Counted from the first letter of the whole stretch, positions 13,313 to 25,700 are shown. The stretch: DNA of 63,111 nt, filler included, from Octopus bimaculoides (GCF_001194135.2; 5 parts of 5 records of this genome joined end to end with filler, not necessarily neighbours in it); one strand, 5' to 3'. Program-made: numbers and translations. The notes: generated by a model not told the origin, from the sequence alone.

Positions 13313-14639
13313 GTGAGTAGTTGAAATACCATATTATTATGCATTTTCTATTTCAAATATTTGTGTCACTTTATCTTAGCAGCTGCAATGGTTTAAAATT
13401 GATGAGCAAGTTCCATGTCAGTGCTTTGCTCTGCTTCTTTGCCTTTATTCAAATGTGTGACATAGTTTTTTTTCTAATATGACTAATCACCAACCATTCA
13501 TTTTTTTTTTTATTATTAGTCAGAGGTGAAGTTGATGTAGTTATTGTTTTGTATGAACATCTGTAACCTGATCATCTCCCAAATCCTTTTATGTCTAGAA
13601 TAACAACTCTCTGGAAATTCTTCATATATAGATGTTCTGTTATTATAAAATATAATGTATCCTGTTCTTACAAACATGATATGCTTTATATCATGTTTGT
13701 ATAGAACATGTATAAATGAGGGATTTCTGGAGAGTTGTCATTCTGGTGGGGATGAAGGATTGGGGAGGGAGTTCAGTTCAGTATCTGGGAAGTATGACAA
13801 ACAATAAATGAGATGAGAGGAGGGGAACAGAACATGTCATTAGGGACTTGGTGGAGAAGGCAGGCATCTTAGGTACTTTGAGAGGAGCATAATACTTTTG
13901 TTGTAGTTAGGAATAATGAGGGAAGGAGAAACAGATGTGTTAGCTGGGGCTGAGTGGGTAAGGTAGACATCTAGCTATGCACGAATGAGGCAGAAAGAAG
14001 AAGTAATGCAGATATGAGTCAGATGTCAGTACATGAATCTGTTTGTAAACTAGGTGGCTTTTTTAGATGCAGTCTAGGATGTTTGCATGTATAAGCAGCG
14101 ACAATGTTCTATAGATGTGAAGTTTCATATATATGAGCAGTTCTCCAAAGTACATTTTATTTGAGCCTTGAAGAGGATCAGAGCTGAAATATTTTTTGAT
14201 TCAGAAGAGGGGTCTTAGTATTTGGGATGTAGTGTGAGAAAGTTATAGATGTAAGTTTACCATCCACCATTAGATGTTGTGATGTCCAGTTTTGTAATGA
14301 CTTTATGTGCTCACATCTAGAGGAGTATTGTGGTACAAGACTGTTTCCTTGAATTTGTGTTATTAAAGAAGACTATTGTGTCATATTCCAGGATAGCAAT
14401 GATACAGTGGGCAGGACAGAGGGAACAAGATTGGGCTGCAGGAGTGAGGAGGGAGAGATAAACATAGTGCATGAAAAAAAAGGAAATGTGAGGAAGAGAA
14501 GGAGAGATGTAGTTTAGTTTATTGGGGTAGGGTGTATGAAAAGTTTTAATGGTGTATATGGGTGAAACAAACAGCACTTCCAGAACTGAGTTTCACTGAA
14601 GTGGGTCTTCTCAAGAACTTTACATTATCAGACATGTTG

Positions 14640-15420
14640 GTCAATTATCATCTCTGTGAGGCTCAACATTCTTAGAATAGTCCTCACTACTTCACCGCAT
14701 GTCTTCTTGTGTCTCCCTCTTCCACAGTTGCCATCTACTTTAAGTGATTAACACTTCTTTATACAATTCTCTTCATTCATATGCATCACATGTCCAAACC
14801 AGCATGGTTTTCTGATTCCTCTTATGCCTAACTTTTCTCTTAATACATTTACACATTGTCGTACTTGTACGCTGACACTGCTAGCCTTATTTCCTTCCAG
14901 CCTTTGCATGCCCTATGCAGTCACAACCCACATTCTACTATCACATAGCATAGTTGTTTGTACACAAGCATTGTACAATCTGCCTTTCACTTTGAGAGAG
15001 GCAATAGCTCTCTGAATTTTGCCCAGTCAGTTATTATTCTAGCAACTATGCTTTCAGAGCATCTTCCTCCACTACCAATTTGGTCACCTTGTTAACAGAA
15101 AGTATCTATTACATCTAGGGACCCTCCTGGGCATTTGAGTTAATCTATTTCTTGCATGTTCCTACTGTTTATTCTTGCATATCTGCCACACAAATACTAC
15201 CTCTGTTAACCCTCCCGTGATTCCACTGTATCTCATATGTGTCCACAGCTTGTACTGAGTACACCTTGATGAATTTCTACCTGTACCTTTTTTACATATC
15301 AAGCAGAGCCATTTCCCTGCCTGAAGGGATTAGTAATTTGTTTTCCTGCTTACTAGGTCTTTGGACTTTACTAAGTTAACTCTAAGGCCCTTGAATACAG
15401 GCTTTGTTTCCAAACCTGAA
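14640..15420 (-). mobile_element. decayed RTE LINE fragment (post-RT region to ORF end), same family as 4518-5184
   Basis: With frameshifts and stops: GLRVNLVKSK..., KWLCLICKKG...LWTH..., WAKFRELLPL, KGRLYNACVQTTML, REKLGIRG, WFGHVMHMNEENCIKKC. Confidence 0.78.
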
Positions 15421-16298
15421 ATTTCTTCTAATTCTACTATAGATTTCACTTTATGAGCATAGAGGAGCTCCCATGTGCAACACATGGGAGAACTATAATA
15501 AGAGGGCATTGGGAACTGAACTTTGCTGGATTCCTACCTGCACACTAAATTCATTGCTCTACTCATTGCTGACTTTTACTTTACTGACTGCACCCCTGCA
15601 TATAGACAGCTCTCACTAGCCATTCATCTACTCATAGCTTCCCCAGCAAGCACCAGATGAGAGAGCAAGAAATGGTACTTACTACAACCAGTTGAGACTA
15701 TGTTTGTTCTGACATGCACAGATAGTCTAGGTTGTGTTTTATGTTGTAGAGGGACAGAATGTCATGATTATCAGTTATTGAGCCTTATGCAACTACAGTC
15801 AACTTTTGATAGTGGGTCTAATTTTTTTGAAGAGGATTTTTTCTTTAACCTTTAAGTTCTCCATATATTAGTCTATGGCTTTGATGATGACACTGGTGCC
15901 CTAGTTACAGCACTTACCCAGGTGTCTTTTTTTTTTATCACTGATGTTGTGCATGAGTGGAGGTGTTTGTTGATTTGTGTTGATGGAAGATGGTGCTGTG
16001 ATACATTTGCCATTTTCAGTGCACTCTATCTGACAGATTATATAAGCTTGTGAACAAATGTATATAAGTTGTATTTGTATTCTGCATTGATTGTGATTTT
16101 GAAGAGTTATTCTGCTAATAAAAACACAAACACTGGTTGTAGTTCACTTCTCTGTGTTTAATTTGTTTGAAGACTTTCCTTACACCTCTCTAATCATTTC
16201 AATGAGTTCTCTCCAGGACTGTTTTTAACAGATAAACTGGTTAAGGAAAAAATAGAAGTTCCGTTTGTAATCAGTTAGCTGTGATCTTCTCATTGTAG

Positions 16299-16460
16299 AA
16301 TTTGGATTGGGATAAACTTGCAAAAAAAGAAATAATAGCACCAATGTTGCCACAGATAAAACATGAACTTGATGTTAGTAATTTCTCTGAAGAATTCACC
16401 AAAATGGAAGCTGCTGACTCACCAGCTGTAGTTCCATTAAATGGCGAGAAAATGTTCAAA
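16299..16460 (+). CDS. RPS6KA5: MSK-like kinase exon (AGC C-terminal tail, turn motif)
   Basis: ttgtag...GTAAGC. NLDWDKLAKKEIIAPMLPQIKHELDVSNFSEEFTKMEAADSPAVVPLNGEKMFK; the SP corresponds to MSK1 Ser360. Confidence 0.95.
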
Positions 16461-16689
16461 GTAAGCAAGGATTTGTTTCTCAATATTTCTGTGATATTTT
16501 ATAGTTAATTTCAGCTCTGATTGGTAACGCTAAAATTATGTGAAATGAAAGGAAAGTATAATTCTAAAATGTCTGGGAGTGAAAAGAAAAATTTTGAACT
16601 CAGTCCTCATGTTACAATGAAATCATGCATTGGAATTTCATTTGATTAAAATATTTTTCTTTTATTTCAAGGCATCTTTTTGACTACAA

Positions 16690-16880
16690 CTGATAGAATC
16701 ATTAGCATACCGGGCAAAATGCTTAGCGGCATTTCATGTCATTTTGTTCTGAGTTCAAATTCTGCTGGGGTTGACTGCTTTTCATCCTTTTGGGGTTGAT
16801 AAAATGAGTACCAGTTGAACAATGGGGTTGATGCAATCGTCTAGCCCCCTCCCCTCAAATTTCAGGCCTTGTGCCAATCA
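16690..16880 (+). mobile_element. tRNA-derived SINE (family 1)
   Basis: gaatcattagcataccgggcaaaatgcttagcggcatttc...ttctgagttcaaattc...tcatcctttggggttgataaaatgagtaccagt. Confidence 0.8.
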
Positions 16881-17350
16881 AAGGATTTGGTCACCGCACC
16901 AGTGGAGCACTATCAACATTGTCGAGCGTGTTCATTGACAGAGCAGCTGTCTGGCTTCCGTGCTAGTGGCCCGTAAATAGCACCATTAGAGCGTAATCGT
17001 TACCAGCGTTCCCTTCTAGCACTTGTGCTGGTGGCACATTAGAAAATCATTCGAGTGAGGTCGTTGCCAGTGCCGCTGGACTGGCTCCCATGCAGGTGGC
17101 ATGTAAAAAACACCTTTTGAGCGTGGCCGTTGCCAGTACTGTGTGACTGGCCCTCGTGCCAGTGGCACGTAAAAGCACCAACTACACTCTCGGAGTGGTT
17201 GGCATTAGGAAGGGCATCCAGCTGTAGAAATTCTGCCAGATCAGATTAGAGCCTGGTGCAGCCTTCTGGCTTGCCAGTCCTCAATCAAATCGTCCAACCC
17301 ATGCTAGCATGGAAAGCGGACATTAAACGATAATGATGATGAAGATGATT
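16880..17350 (+). mobile_element. RTE LINE 3' UTR copy with four ~65-nt internal repeats and (ATG)n tail
   Basis: gtggcacgtaaaagcacc-like units at 16966, 17031, 17096 and 17162, then ggcattaggaagggcatccagctgtagaaa...gcggacattaaacgataatgatgat. Confidence 0.82.
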
Positions 17351-17415
17351 TTTGAAAAGCTTTGTTTTGTCTGATATTTTCTAGACTTTTATTCTCTTCT
17401 ATGATAACATTACAG

Positions 17416-17538
17416 GGCTACTCCTATGTTGCACCTTCTGTTATATTCACTGACAACACAGTTAGTGATGATCTCCTCCAACATAACAGTATCAATCAAC
17501 CTCGAGCTAAGAGTATCAGTGCTGCCAGCCAGTTCAAG
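17416..17538 (+). CDS. RPS6KA5: MSK-like kinase exon (hydrophobic motif and linker)
   Basis: ttacag...GTAAAA. GYSYVAPSVIFTDNTVSDDLLQHNSINQPRAKSISAASQFK; FK|GYSY corresponds to MSK1 FQGYSF (Ser376). Confidence 0.93.
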
Positions 17539-17861
17539 GTAAAATAAATTTTCATTGCACATTTTCTGTCTGTCTGTCTCTGTCTCTCTGTCTTTTCTCT
17601 GGGTCAGTTGGTCACTAACTTGGCTTTTGTTCTGGTTTCAGATTTTTTTTCTTCTTTTGTTCTTGATGTGGTTTTGATGATTGTGCCGAGGATTTACCTA
17701 TTTATGATATTTTTGTACATGTATGTGTGTATGTATATGTTATCTGACTTATTAAAGAATTGTTGCTTGACTTAACTATACTAACATTCTAAGTTCGTAT
17801 ACGATTTTGCTTGACTTAGAGTATCAGATTACGTTATTACAGTGCTGGTCTTGCATCATAA

Positions 17862-17960
<99 letters not shown>

Positions 17961-18017
17961 TAAGTAGGACTCCAAATAAGCTTTCTCTCTCTCTCTCCTG
18001 ACATTACATTTTTCTCA

Positions 18018-18205
18018 TTTATCCCCACTGAAACATGGTTGTTCTGTTAGAACAAACTATACTGTGGTAGATACCACGAGAGAAACTCTCATTTGGCTGT
18101 TGGTTCAAAATACACTCATGTGTATTGAGAGTTTCTCACATGGTATCTACCACAGTATAGTTTGTTCTAACAGAACACCCATGTTTCAGTGGGGATAAAT
18201 ATTAC
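18018..18205. mobile_element. hairpin MITE (same family as 10533-10757) with near-perfect 74-bp arms
   Basis: tttatccccactgaaacatgg...gagaaactctca versus tgagagtttctc...catgtttcagtggggataaa; about 3 mismatches by eye. Confidence 0.88.
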
Positions 18206-18589
18206 TTCTTGGAATCGATACTGCCTTTGTTGCTTATATGTATTTTCTCATTTGTTTGCCCCTCATCACTCTTCTGTTTTATCTCATTTGTGTGTGTGTC
18301 ATAGAAGGAAAGGGAATTTTCATTGATTCTGTAGATGAAGCAGGATCTGTAGAATATTGAAAATAGACCACTGAAATGGTTTCACCCTCAGCCTTTTCAG
18401 TGTTAACATAAAGCATGACTGTGTGTTCCCAGAGAAAAATGAGAAGTAGCAATGAAACATCTAAAGTTGAACTCTTATCATATGAGCTGATAGTGTAATG
18501 TTTTCTCTATTTGAATACCTTATTGTTTCTATTATCAATAACAGAAACTTGTATTGTTTTTCTTGATTCAGTCATTGGGCTATAGTTTG

Positions 18590-18805
18590 TAGTTGTGTAA
18601 GTTGCATGGCAACCTCGCTAGTGTAGGTGGCATGAAAGGCACCCAATCTGTGCTATAAAGTGTTGGCATTAGGAAGGACATTATTCAATCATAGAAACTA
18701 TGCCCAAAAAAGACATTGGAACATGATACAGTCCTTGGACGCATCAGATCTTATCAAATTGTCCAACCCATGCCAGCAAAGAACACGGACGTTAAATGAT
18801 GATTA
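18590..18805 (+). mobile_element. diverged RTE 3' tail copy
   Basis: ggtggcatgaaaggcacc...ttggcattaggaagg...tccaacccatgccagc...ggacgttaaatgatga. Confidence 0.7.
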
Positions 18806-19788
18806 TTCACTACATCGTTGAGAAGCAAAGCTTCTTTACAAAGTTACGCCTGTGTCTCTAATGAGAACAATTGTTTTTAAGTTCTGTTTTTGTTGATCAA
18901 AATGACTTGATTGGCCTTATATGTCAACTTGATTGGCCTTATATGTCAACCTTATATGTAAGGGAAGTAACTCCACTCTGATCGCTTGGCTAGTTAATTA
19001 GAGTCGTATACTTCGTTCGTGTTTAGATCTGTTGTTGCAGGTTAACATAGGTTAAGCAATGATATTACTAACGTAATATATGTTATTTATTGGATGGGTT
19101 GAATCAACTGTATCTAGGTGCTCTGGTTACATCACAAAGCGTTCTGTTTGCTTAGATTAATTATTTTTTATGAGTGAATCGATATTCATTTAATGATTCC
19201 AAAAGGCAACAATGACTTCCATGCCTGACATTTTAACTTACATCACAGAGAACCAGAACAAATACTGCACGATATTTTGCTTGACACTCTGTCGTGTGTG
19301 CATACTGATATTACCCATCCAGCAGAGCATGCTAACTTCATTTCCTTCAAGCCTTCACGAGTCCTCTGTAGACAAGCCCCAGCTACCTTATTTTAAATCT
19401 ATAATAAATATCCTTTCTGTTTCTCTATCTTATCCTTTCTGTTTCTCTATCTCGTTTCTCTCGTTCATATTTTCTTTGCACTCTGAGGATACATCCTCTC
19501 TCTCTACCTGTTTTATGTTCAAACTGACCAGATCCAGTCTGTCACACCTACCTAACAATGCCAGTGTAAAAATATACAATCACATCATTGAAATCTCAAA
19601 GCTCAAGATAATGCATGATTAATTCAAAGCAATGTGAATAATGTGAAAGTTACAAGGTTCAAAGATGAAAGGCAAAGTTATCTTCTGGCTGATTTGAACT
19701 GTGAATGATTGGAAACAACATTAAACACCTCACCAATGATAAGGAAATTTGATGGTAACATTAATGTTTTTCTTTTAATCTCTCCAAG

Positions 19789-19933
19789 ACGGTGTGAACA
19801 TAAAGTTACAAAAACTAAATATGCTGTGAAAATCATTTCCCGGCGAGTGGACCATACATCAGAAGTAAAAATGCTTCAACTGTGTCAGAACCATCCTAAC
19901 ATAGTGAAACTCATTGATGTCTTTCATGATGAA
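19789..19933 (+). CDS. RPS6KA5: MSK-like kinase exon (C-terminal domain N-lobe); last exon recognisable in window
   Basis: AAG acceptor, GTAAGC donor. RCEHKVTKTKYAVKIISRRVDHTSEVKMLQLCQNHPNIVKLIDVFHDE. Confidence 0.92.
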
Positions 19934-20957
19934 GTAAGCATGTTTTCTCTTATATATTTCTTCTTACAATTCACCATTTGTTGTGTGTTTCTGTGCTTTA
20001 AGATTATTACTGATTCCTTATTAGTAACGTCTATGCAGTCAGTGCATATGCTATCTCCATTAAGAGATGTTAATTTTCCAAAATTACTTACATGTGTTAT
20101 GTATCGCTGTTGTTGATGTCATCATGACCATTGTTTTAATGTGTGTGTGTGAATATATAACTATACATACATGCAGGCACATTTATATGTGGATAGTTTA
20201 TACAGAGATTACTTGGATGTTTGTGAAGTTGACCTGAATAGCACTCTTACACTTGGTGTATGGATAGTTAATTCTTAAATGTTGTAATAACTATTTTGGC
20301 CTATTTCTAGTTCAGGTCTGCTTCATCATGGCTAATCTGTGAATATGATTTAGCAGTCTTAAGATTTTTCACTTGGTTATAGAGTTTGTGAAGTGTTGGT
20401 ATATCAGTTGTATTTGGAGAGGTGGTGCAAATAGGTTTTCATCAAGGATTGGTTTTCAGTCCCCTCCTATTTAGTAGGGTTCTCTGAACCATAACAGAGG
20501 AGTTTATGTTTGTCTGCTATGAGGGCTTCTAAATGCTAATGACCTAGTTCTTAAATTAGAGTCTTTGGAAGACTTAGAGAAAAAATCCCAAATTTGGAAG
20601 TAAAACCTAGAGTCAAGGGACATGTCAGGGAAACACTAAAACTGAGAGGAAAGAAAAAAATCTTCAACAAGTAATAAAAGAAAATAGTTGTTGCTTAGTT
20701 GGAATGTTACTGCTGTACTTTGGTGTGGGTGCTACATGTATAACAGACGGAAGAAAAATCCTACAGTTTGGGCTAAAAACAAAACCTTGTTGTATTCTCT
20801 GGTGGCATCGACATTGCTCAACATTGCTCGAAGGAATGATACTCTCAAAAAAGTGCCAAAATCTTTTTGTCCAGTTGAGAGCTGAAGGAAATCTTCCATG
20901 TGTATGTGTGTGTGTATAATAGAGAGAGAGAGAGAGACTGATAAATATATATATATA

Positions 20958-21238
20958 TCATCATCATCATCATCATCATCATTTAACGTCCGCCTTCCCT
21001 GCTAGCATGGGTTGGACGATTTGACTGAGGACTGGTGCAACCGGATGGCTACACCAGGCTCCAATCTAATTTGGCAGAGTTTCTACAGCTGGATGCCCTT
21101 CCTAACGCCAACCACTCAGAGAGTGTAGTGGGTGCTTTTACGTGTCACCCGCACGAAAACGGTCACGCTCGAAATGGTGTCTTTTATGTGCCACCCGCAC
21201 AAGAGCCAGTCCAGGGGCACTGGCAACGATCTCGCTCG
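20958..21238 (-). mobile_element. RTE LINE 3' UTR copy running into a gap
   Basis: (cat)n-tttaacgtccgccttccctgctagcatgggttggacg...ggatgcccttcctaacgccaaccact. Confidence 0.85.
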
Positions 21239-21282
21239 NNNNNNNNNNNNNNNNNNNNNNNNNNNNNNNNNNNNNNNNNNNN

Positions 21283-21294
21283 TTAATTAATTAA
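21283..21294. other. artificial scaffold linker TTAATTAATTAA between N runs (also 31351-31362, 57181-57192, 61921-61932)
   Basis: The identical 12-mer, with stops in all six frames, sits centred in N runs four times. Confidence 0.9.
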
Positions 21295-21338
21295 NNNNNN
21301 NNNNNNNNNNNNNNNNNNNNNNNNNNNNNNNNNNNNNN

Positions 21339-21448
21339 AAATTATTTCATTGCACTCTTGCAATCTCTTCAGTAACTTGTCTCTCCACTTCCATTTAAGT
21401 GGAGAGACAAGTTACTGAAGAGATTGCAAGAGTGCAATGAAATAATTT
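21339..21448. repeat. perfect 52-bp inverted repeat with 6-nt loop at a contig start
   Basis: Arms 21339-21390 and 21397-21448 are exact reverse complements; the loop is ccattt. Confidence 0.9.
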
Positions 21449-21619
21449 AACAAAAAACTATATAAATTAATAAAGGACTGAACCAGTGCGTGTGTTTATT
21501 ACCGGCATAATGCCTCTCCCAAGGTTTAATTGTATTTCTTTCAACACATGTATCCACATCAAGAATCTTGCACACGAAATACACATACGAAATACATATT
21601 TGTATATATACATTTATAT

Positions 21620-21837
21620 TGGTTTCAAATTTTTTGGCACAACGTCAGCACTATTGGGATGGGGTGGAGGAGTTGATTACATTGACCCTACTGCTTAACT
21701 GGTACTTTTTTTTTATTCACCCCAAAAATGATGAAAGGCAAAGCTGACTGTGACAGAATTTGAACTCAAAACGTGAAGACAGGCGAGATACTGTTAAGCA
21801 TTTTGGATGGCATGCTAACAATCCTGCCAGTCGCCCT
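21620..21837 (-). mobile_element. tRNA-derived SINE (family 1)
   Basis: ttttggcacaac...ctggtac...gatgaaaggcaaagctgac...gaatttgaactcaaaacg...catgctaacaatcctgccagtcgcc. Confidence 0.75.
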
Positions 21838-21929
21838 AAATACACACACTCACACATACACATACTCACACACACACACACACACACATACACACACATA
21901 TATGTGTGTGTGTGTGTGTCTAAGAGGTT

Positions 21930-22290
21930 TGCTTCACTACCACATAATTCAGAGTTCAGTCATGCATCATGTGACACTTTAAGCAAATGCGTTCTACGAT
22001 ATCCACAGATTGACAAAAACCTTGCAAATGGATTTGGTAGGCAGGAACTGAAAGAATCCCATCATATAGTATGTGGGTGGTAGGGTATGTGTGTGTATAT
22101 GTGCATGTGTGTGTGTGTGTTTGTCTCCTTGTCTTGATGCTGTGCACTTCTTGTCAACAATCACCATCTTACAAGCAGCGTGTTCCTTTGCAATCATCCA
22201 TGTGAACATATCCTGCCATAGTGCCATCTATGTTCAAAGAACTAACAGAAATGTGGATGTGAAAATGATGATGATGATGAAGCTGATGAT
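21930..22290 (+). mobile_element. CORE-like SINE (family 2) variant ending in an RTE-like (ATG)n tail
   Basis: gatttggtaggcaggaactgaaagaatccc matches the 26445 copy; ends gtggatgtgaaaatgatgatgatg. Confidence 0.6.
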
Positions 22291-23246
22291 GTTGATATAT
22301 GTTTCTGCTTGTGAATATGTGTGTACATGTACATGTGTGTATATCTGCATGTGTGGGCACATGTGTATCAGTGTGTAGATATAAATATGAAAATAATATA
22401 AAAGTTGCTTAATTCAAAAGCCAGTGAAAAATAAATTTATTCAATATTTTGGCTTTAACAAGCCTTAAACTTCATGACAAATTTTCTTCTGTTAAAGCTG
22501 AAACATTGAATAAATATTCTTGCTTTACATATTTTGGGTTGTTTTAATTATTTTTGTTTTCACCTTTCTGTTTATAAACTGAAAGAACAATTCATTATTT
22601 TGTAGGCTCGTATATACTTATATATATAAGTATGTAACTATATGTATGTGTGTGTATGTATATACATACATACATACATATATATANNNNNNNNNNNNNN
22701 NNNNNNNNNNNNNNNNNNNNNNNNNNNNNNNNNNNNNNNNNNNNNNNNNNNNNNNNNNNNNNNNNNNNNNNNNNNNNNNNNNNNNNNNNNNNNNNNNNNN
22801 NNNNNNNNNNNNNNNNNNNNNNNNNNNNNNNNNNNNNNNNNNNNNNNNNNNNNNNNNNNNNNNNNNNNNNNNNNNNNNNNNNNNNNNNNNNNNNNNNNNN
22901 NNNNNNNNNNNNNNNNNNNNNNNNNNNNNNNNATATATATATATATATATATAAGTTATTATTTCTAAATCTCTCAACAAGAAACATTCAGTAACAGTAC
23001 TGTAGAGTAAAGATTATTTGCCATCATATTGTGATAGTCCTGATTAGAATGAATGTGACTGCTATTGCTATTTAGCCCTAGGAAACATCATCTCCAGCTG
23101 GCTATATAACACACTATCTGTGTTCTTATATTTTCAAATGGGGGACTTTAGCTTTACCACTCGGCACAAAGCAGCATCTGTGTACCACGGTTTCAAGGTT
23201 ATTTCCCTTCATCAGCACAGAATAACTGCTAGAGATGAATTGCTAA

Positions 23247-23295
<49 letters not shown>

Positions 23296-23317
23296 TGCAC
23301 ACGCACACACACACATA

Positions 23318-23349
<32 letters not shown>

Positions 23350-23567
23350 CCTACATACACAAACATATATACATGTACACACACACACATATATGTATAT
23401 ACATTTATCTATTATTTATTTATGTGCCCTTTTTAAAGCCTAGCCAGAATCGTGGGCCCGGTTCCCCAGTTTCTATGGAGTATGGACAGTTTTGGCTATT
23501 TCCGTAGACATCATCAGTAAGACAGATAGATATATACTTATATATAAATACACAAACATATATACAT

Positions 23568-23610
<43 letters not shown>

Positions 23611-24524
23611 CATATAATTATGTGTCAAGTTTTTCTGGCCTGTAGATTATTTTTACCATTTCAGCTACATAAACTATACAAATTGTTTCCATAATTCAGA
23701 TGGCTTTCACATTATTTCAGTGCAATGTTATTACTAAAATTTCTCACATATCTTCATATCTATATGAAGTTCTTATGCGCTTTCTTTCTCTTTTTCTTTT
23801 TCTTCTTCATCTTATACATATTGTCTGTTGCTTGTGTCTAGTAATATGAACATTGTTTTTCAGTTGACTACTGAATGACACAGGTGTTTTATAGATTGTA
23901 GCTGTTTTTTGATCCTCAGCTGTTGAGCTTTGCTTGTTTCTTATCAATCAAAAACAATAAATAGGAATTGTCGATGTTATCAAGACATCAATTGCTTTTT
24001 ACTACTTTAAATGTTTATTGTTTTAAGAGGGAAAATATCATCAAAATATATTCGACATATAAATAAATTTTAGCATCAAGGCCTTAAAATGATCAAAGTA
24101 CGTTCAAAACATGGACAAAATATTGGATGTATTTTTGCCTATTACTTGTTTCAGTTGTTAGACTGGGGCCATGCTGGGGCAACACATTTTTAATGTTTAG
24201 AACATGAAAATTGTCAGTTTCGATGTCATTCATAAGAAATTACAAAAAATGTGAGTTAGTTAAAATGTTATTGTTACATATAGGCACAGGTGTGGATGTT
24301 TGGAAAGAAGCTTGCTTCCTAACCACATGGCTTCTGGTTCAATCCCAATGCATGGCTCTTTGGGCAAGTGTCTTCTACTATAACCTCAGGCTGACCAAAG
24401 CATTGTAAGTTGATTTAGTAGACAGAAATGGGAAGAAGTCTGTCATACTTCCGAATGTCCACTCTGGTGTCATTTGTTTGTTCAAAGCTGTAACTCTCCA
24501 CAAATTGGGTCTTTAAAAAATTTC

Positions 24525-24700
24525 TGGATGCTGCTGTCCTATGAAGTTTTCCTGACTTGTCGTTGAAAGCACGAAACAGGTGAGTAATAAACAGTCAACA
24601 ACTGAGGAAGAGTTAGATTTCTTTTGCTGTTTTGTCCTGTACTTGTCTCTCATTGTGTGTTTACATATTTTTCGCTCATTTGTGATGTCCTGTACTTAAT
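24525..24700 (+). repeat. dispersed repeat with decayed hammerhead-like motifs (other copies ~279-430 and ~31100-31295), probably Penelope pLTR-derived
   Basis: The three loci share ctga(t/g)gaa...gtcctgtac. The 24.5 and 31.1 kb copies also show CTGANGA-like/stem/GAAAC-like layouts. Confidence 0.5.
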
Positions 24701-25004
24701 GCGTATTTTTTCATTTTAATTTCATGTATATATACGTGTGTATGTGTGTGTACATATTTTATATCTGTTTATTTGAATTATTGTCTTCTTATCTGATCTC
24801 TTGAATTCTCCTTATAACCACTCTTTATCATGCTGACTTGGTCCTTGGTGAAAATATTGGAGTGTAAGTTCAAATCATATGAGCACTACTAAGTCTTTTC
24901 TATAATGAGATTATCTCAATCGCATCTGTTGACTCTACACACACATATATATATTTAGCAACCTATGTATCATACTTAAAGCAGATGTATCATATATGTG
25001 TGTA

Positions 25005-25039
<35 letters not shown>

Positions 25040-25657
25040 ATGCTTGCATGCATGTATGAAAGTATGTGTATGTGTTTATCTGACTTGACATTGCTTGATA
25101 GTTGTAAATAAGCATCACTGTTTCATACAAGTCTTGTCCTCCATTTCCAATCTTATGTAAAGACATGTCAGGCCTTAAGGAAACATTACTTTATTCAGAA
25201 ACTCTGACCCATGCAAGCAAGAAAATGGGGACGCTAAAATGACGTTGATTATAAGATTCCAGTTATTTTGTATACTTACAGAGTAAGCTGTTATGAACAC
25301 GCAGCTTCTGATAGGAACTGAATTCAGAGTAAAGGAGAAGCAGTCAGTGAATGTACAGTGGCTTGGTGGCCTACTGACATAACTAGATGTAAGTCAACAC
25401 TTGTATTACTTCCAGTGCAAGCGTAGAGTGCATGGTACCGAGGATGTGATAACACAAGAGAGCATTGCTGGAGTAAAGGTTAGGTTCTTTTGTTTTATAT
25501 GAATCAATAATTATTGTAAAGAATAGGTACAAGAAAATTCCTGCAAAATGAAGTAGGAAGTTAAGTCATAAAATATAATGAACTTGATACTCATTGCATG
25601 CAGAATTTCCGAGTACATATTCAGTAGAGTATTAGAACATTTATAATAGTAATAATG

Positions 25658-25700
<43 letters not shown>

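Noticed and set aside
13700-14600. Purine-rich intronic block, possibly an old Penelope-like or LINE fragment
   Set aside because: No unambiguous protein motif recovered by eye.
16960-17180. Regularly spaced ~65-nt repeats resembling a CRISPR array
   Set aside because: Eukaryotic context, degenerate repeats, mutually related spacers, no cas genes; part of a LINE 3' UTR.
17190-17235. ttggcattaggaagggcatccagctgtagaaa as a possible twister-ribozyme-associated RTE motif
   Set aside because: I could not build the twister stems or pseudoknots from the upstream sequence.
19934-20116. Hydrophobic read-through tail after the last kinase exon
   Set aside because: Begins at a canonical GTAAGC donor and is T-rich intron sequence; no support for retention.
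20316-20342. Candidate next exons VCFIMANL* (20316) and LHKLYKLFP* (23665-23694)
   Set aside because: Only superficial likeness to the expected LHTFLVMELL; both stop within 10 codons.
21283-21294. TTAATTAATTAA recurring four times (possible homeobox site or PacI motif)
   Set aside because: Always centred in N runs with stops in six frames: an artificial scaffold linker.
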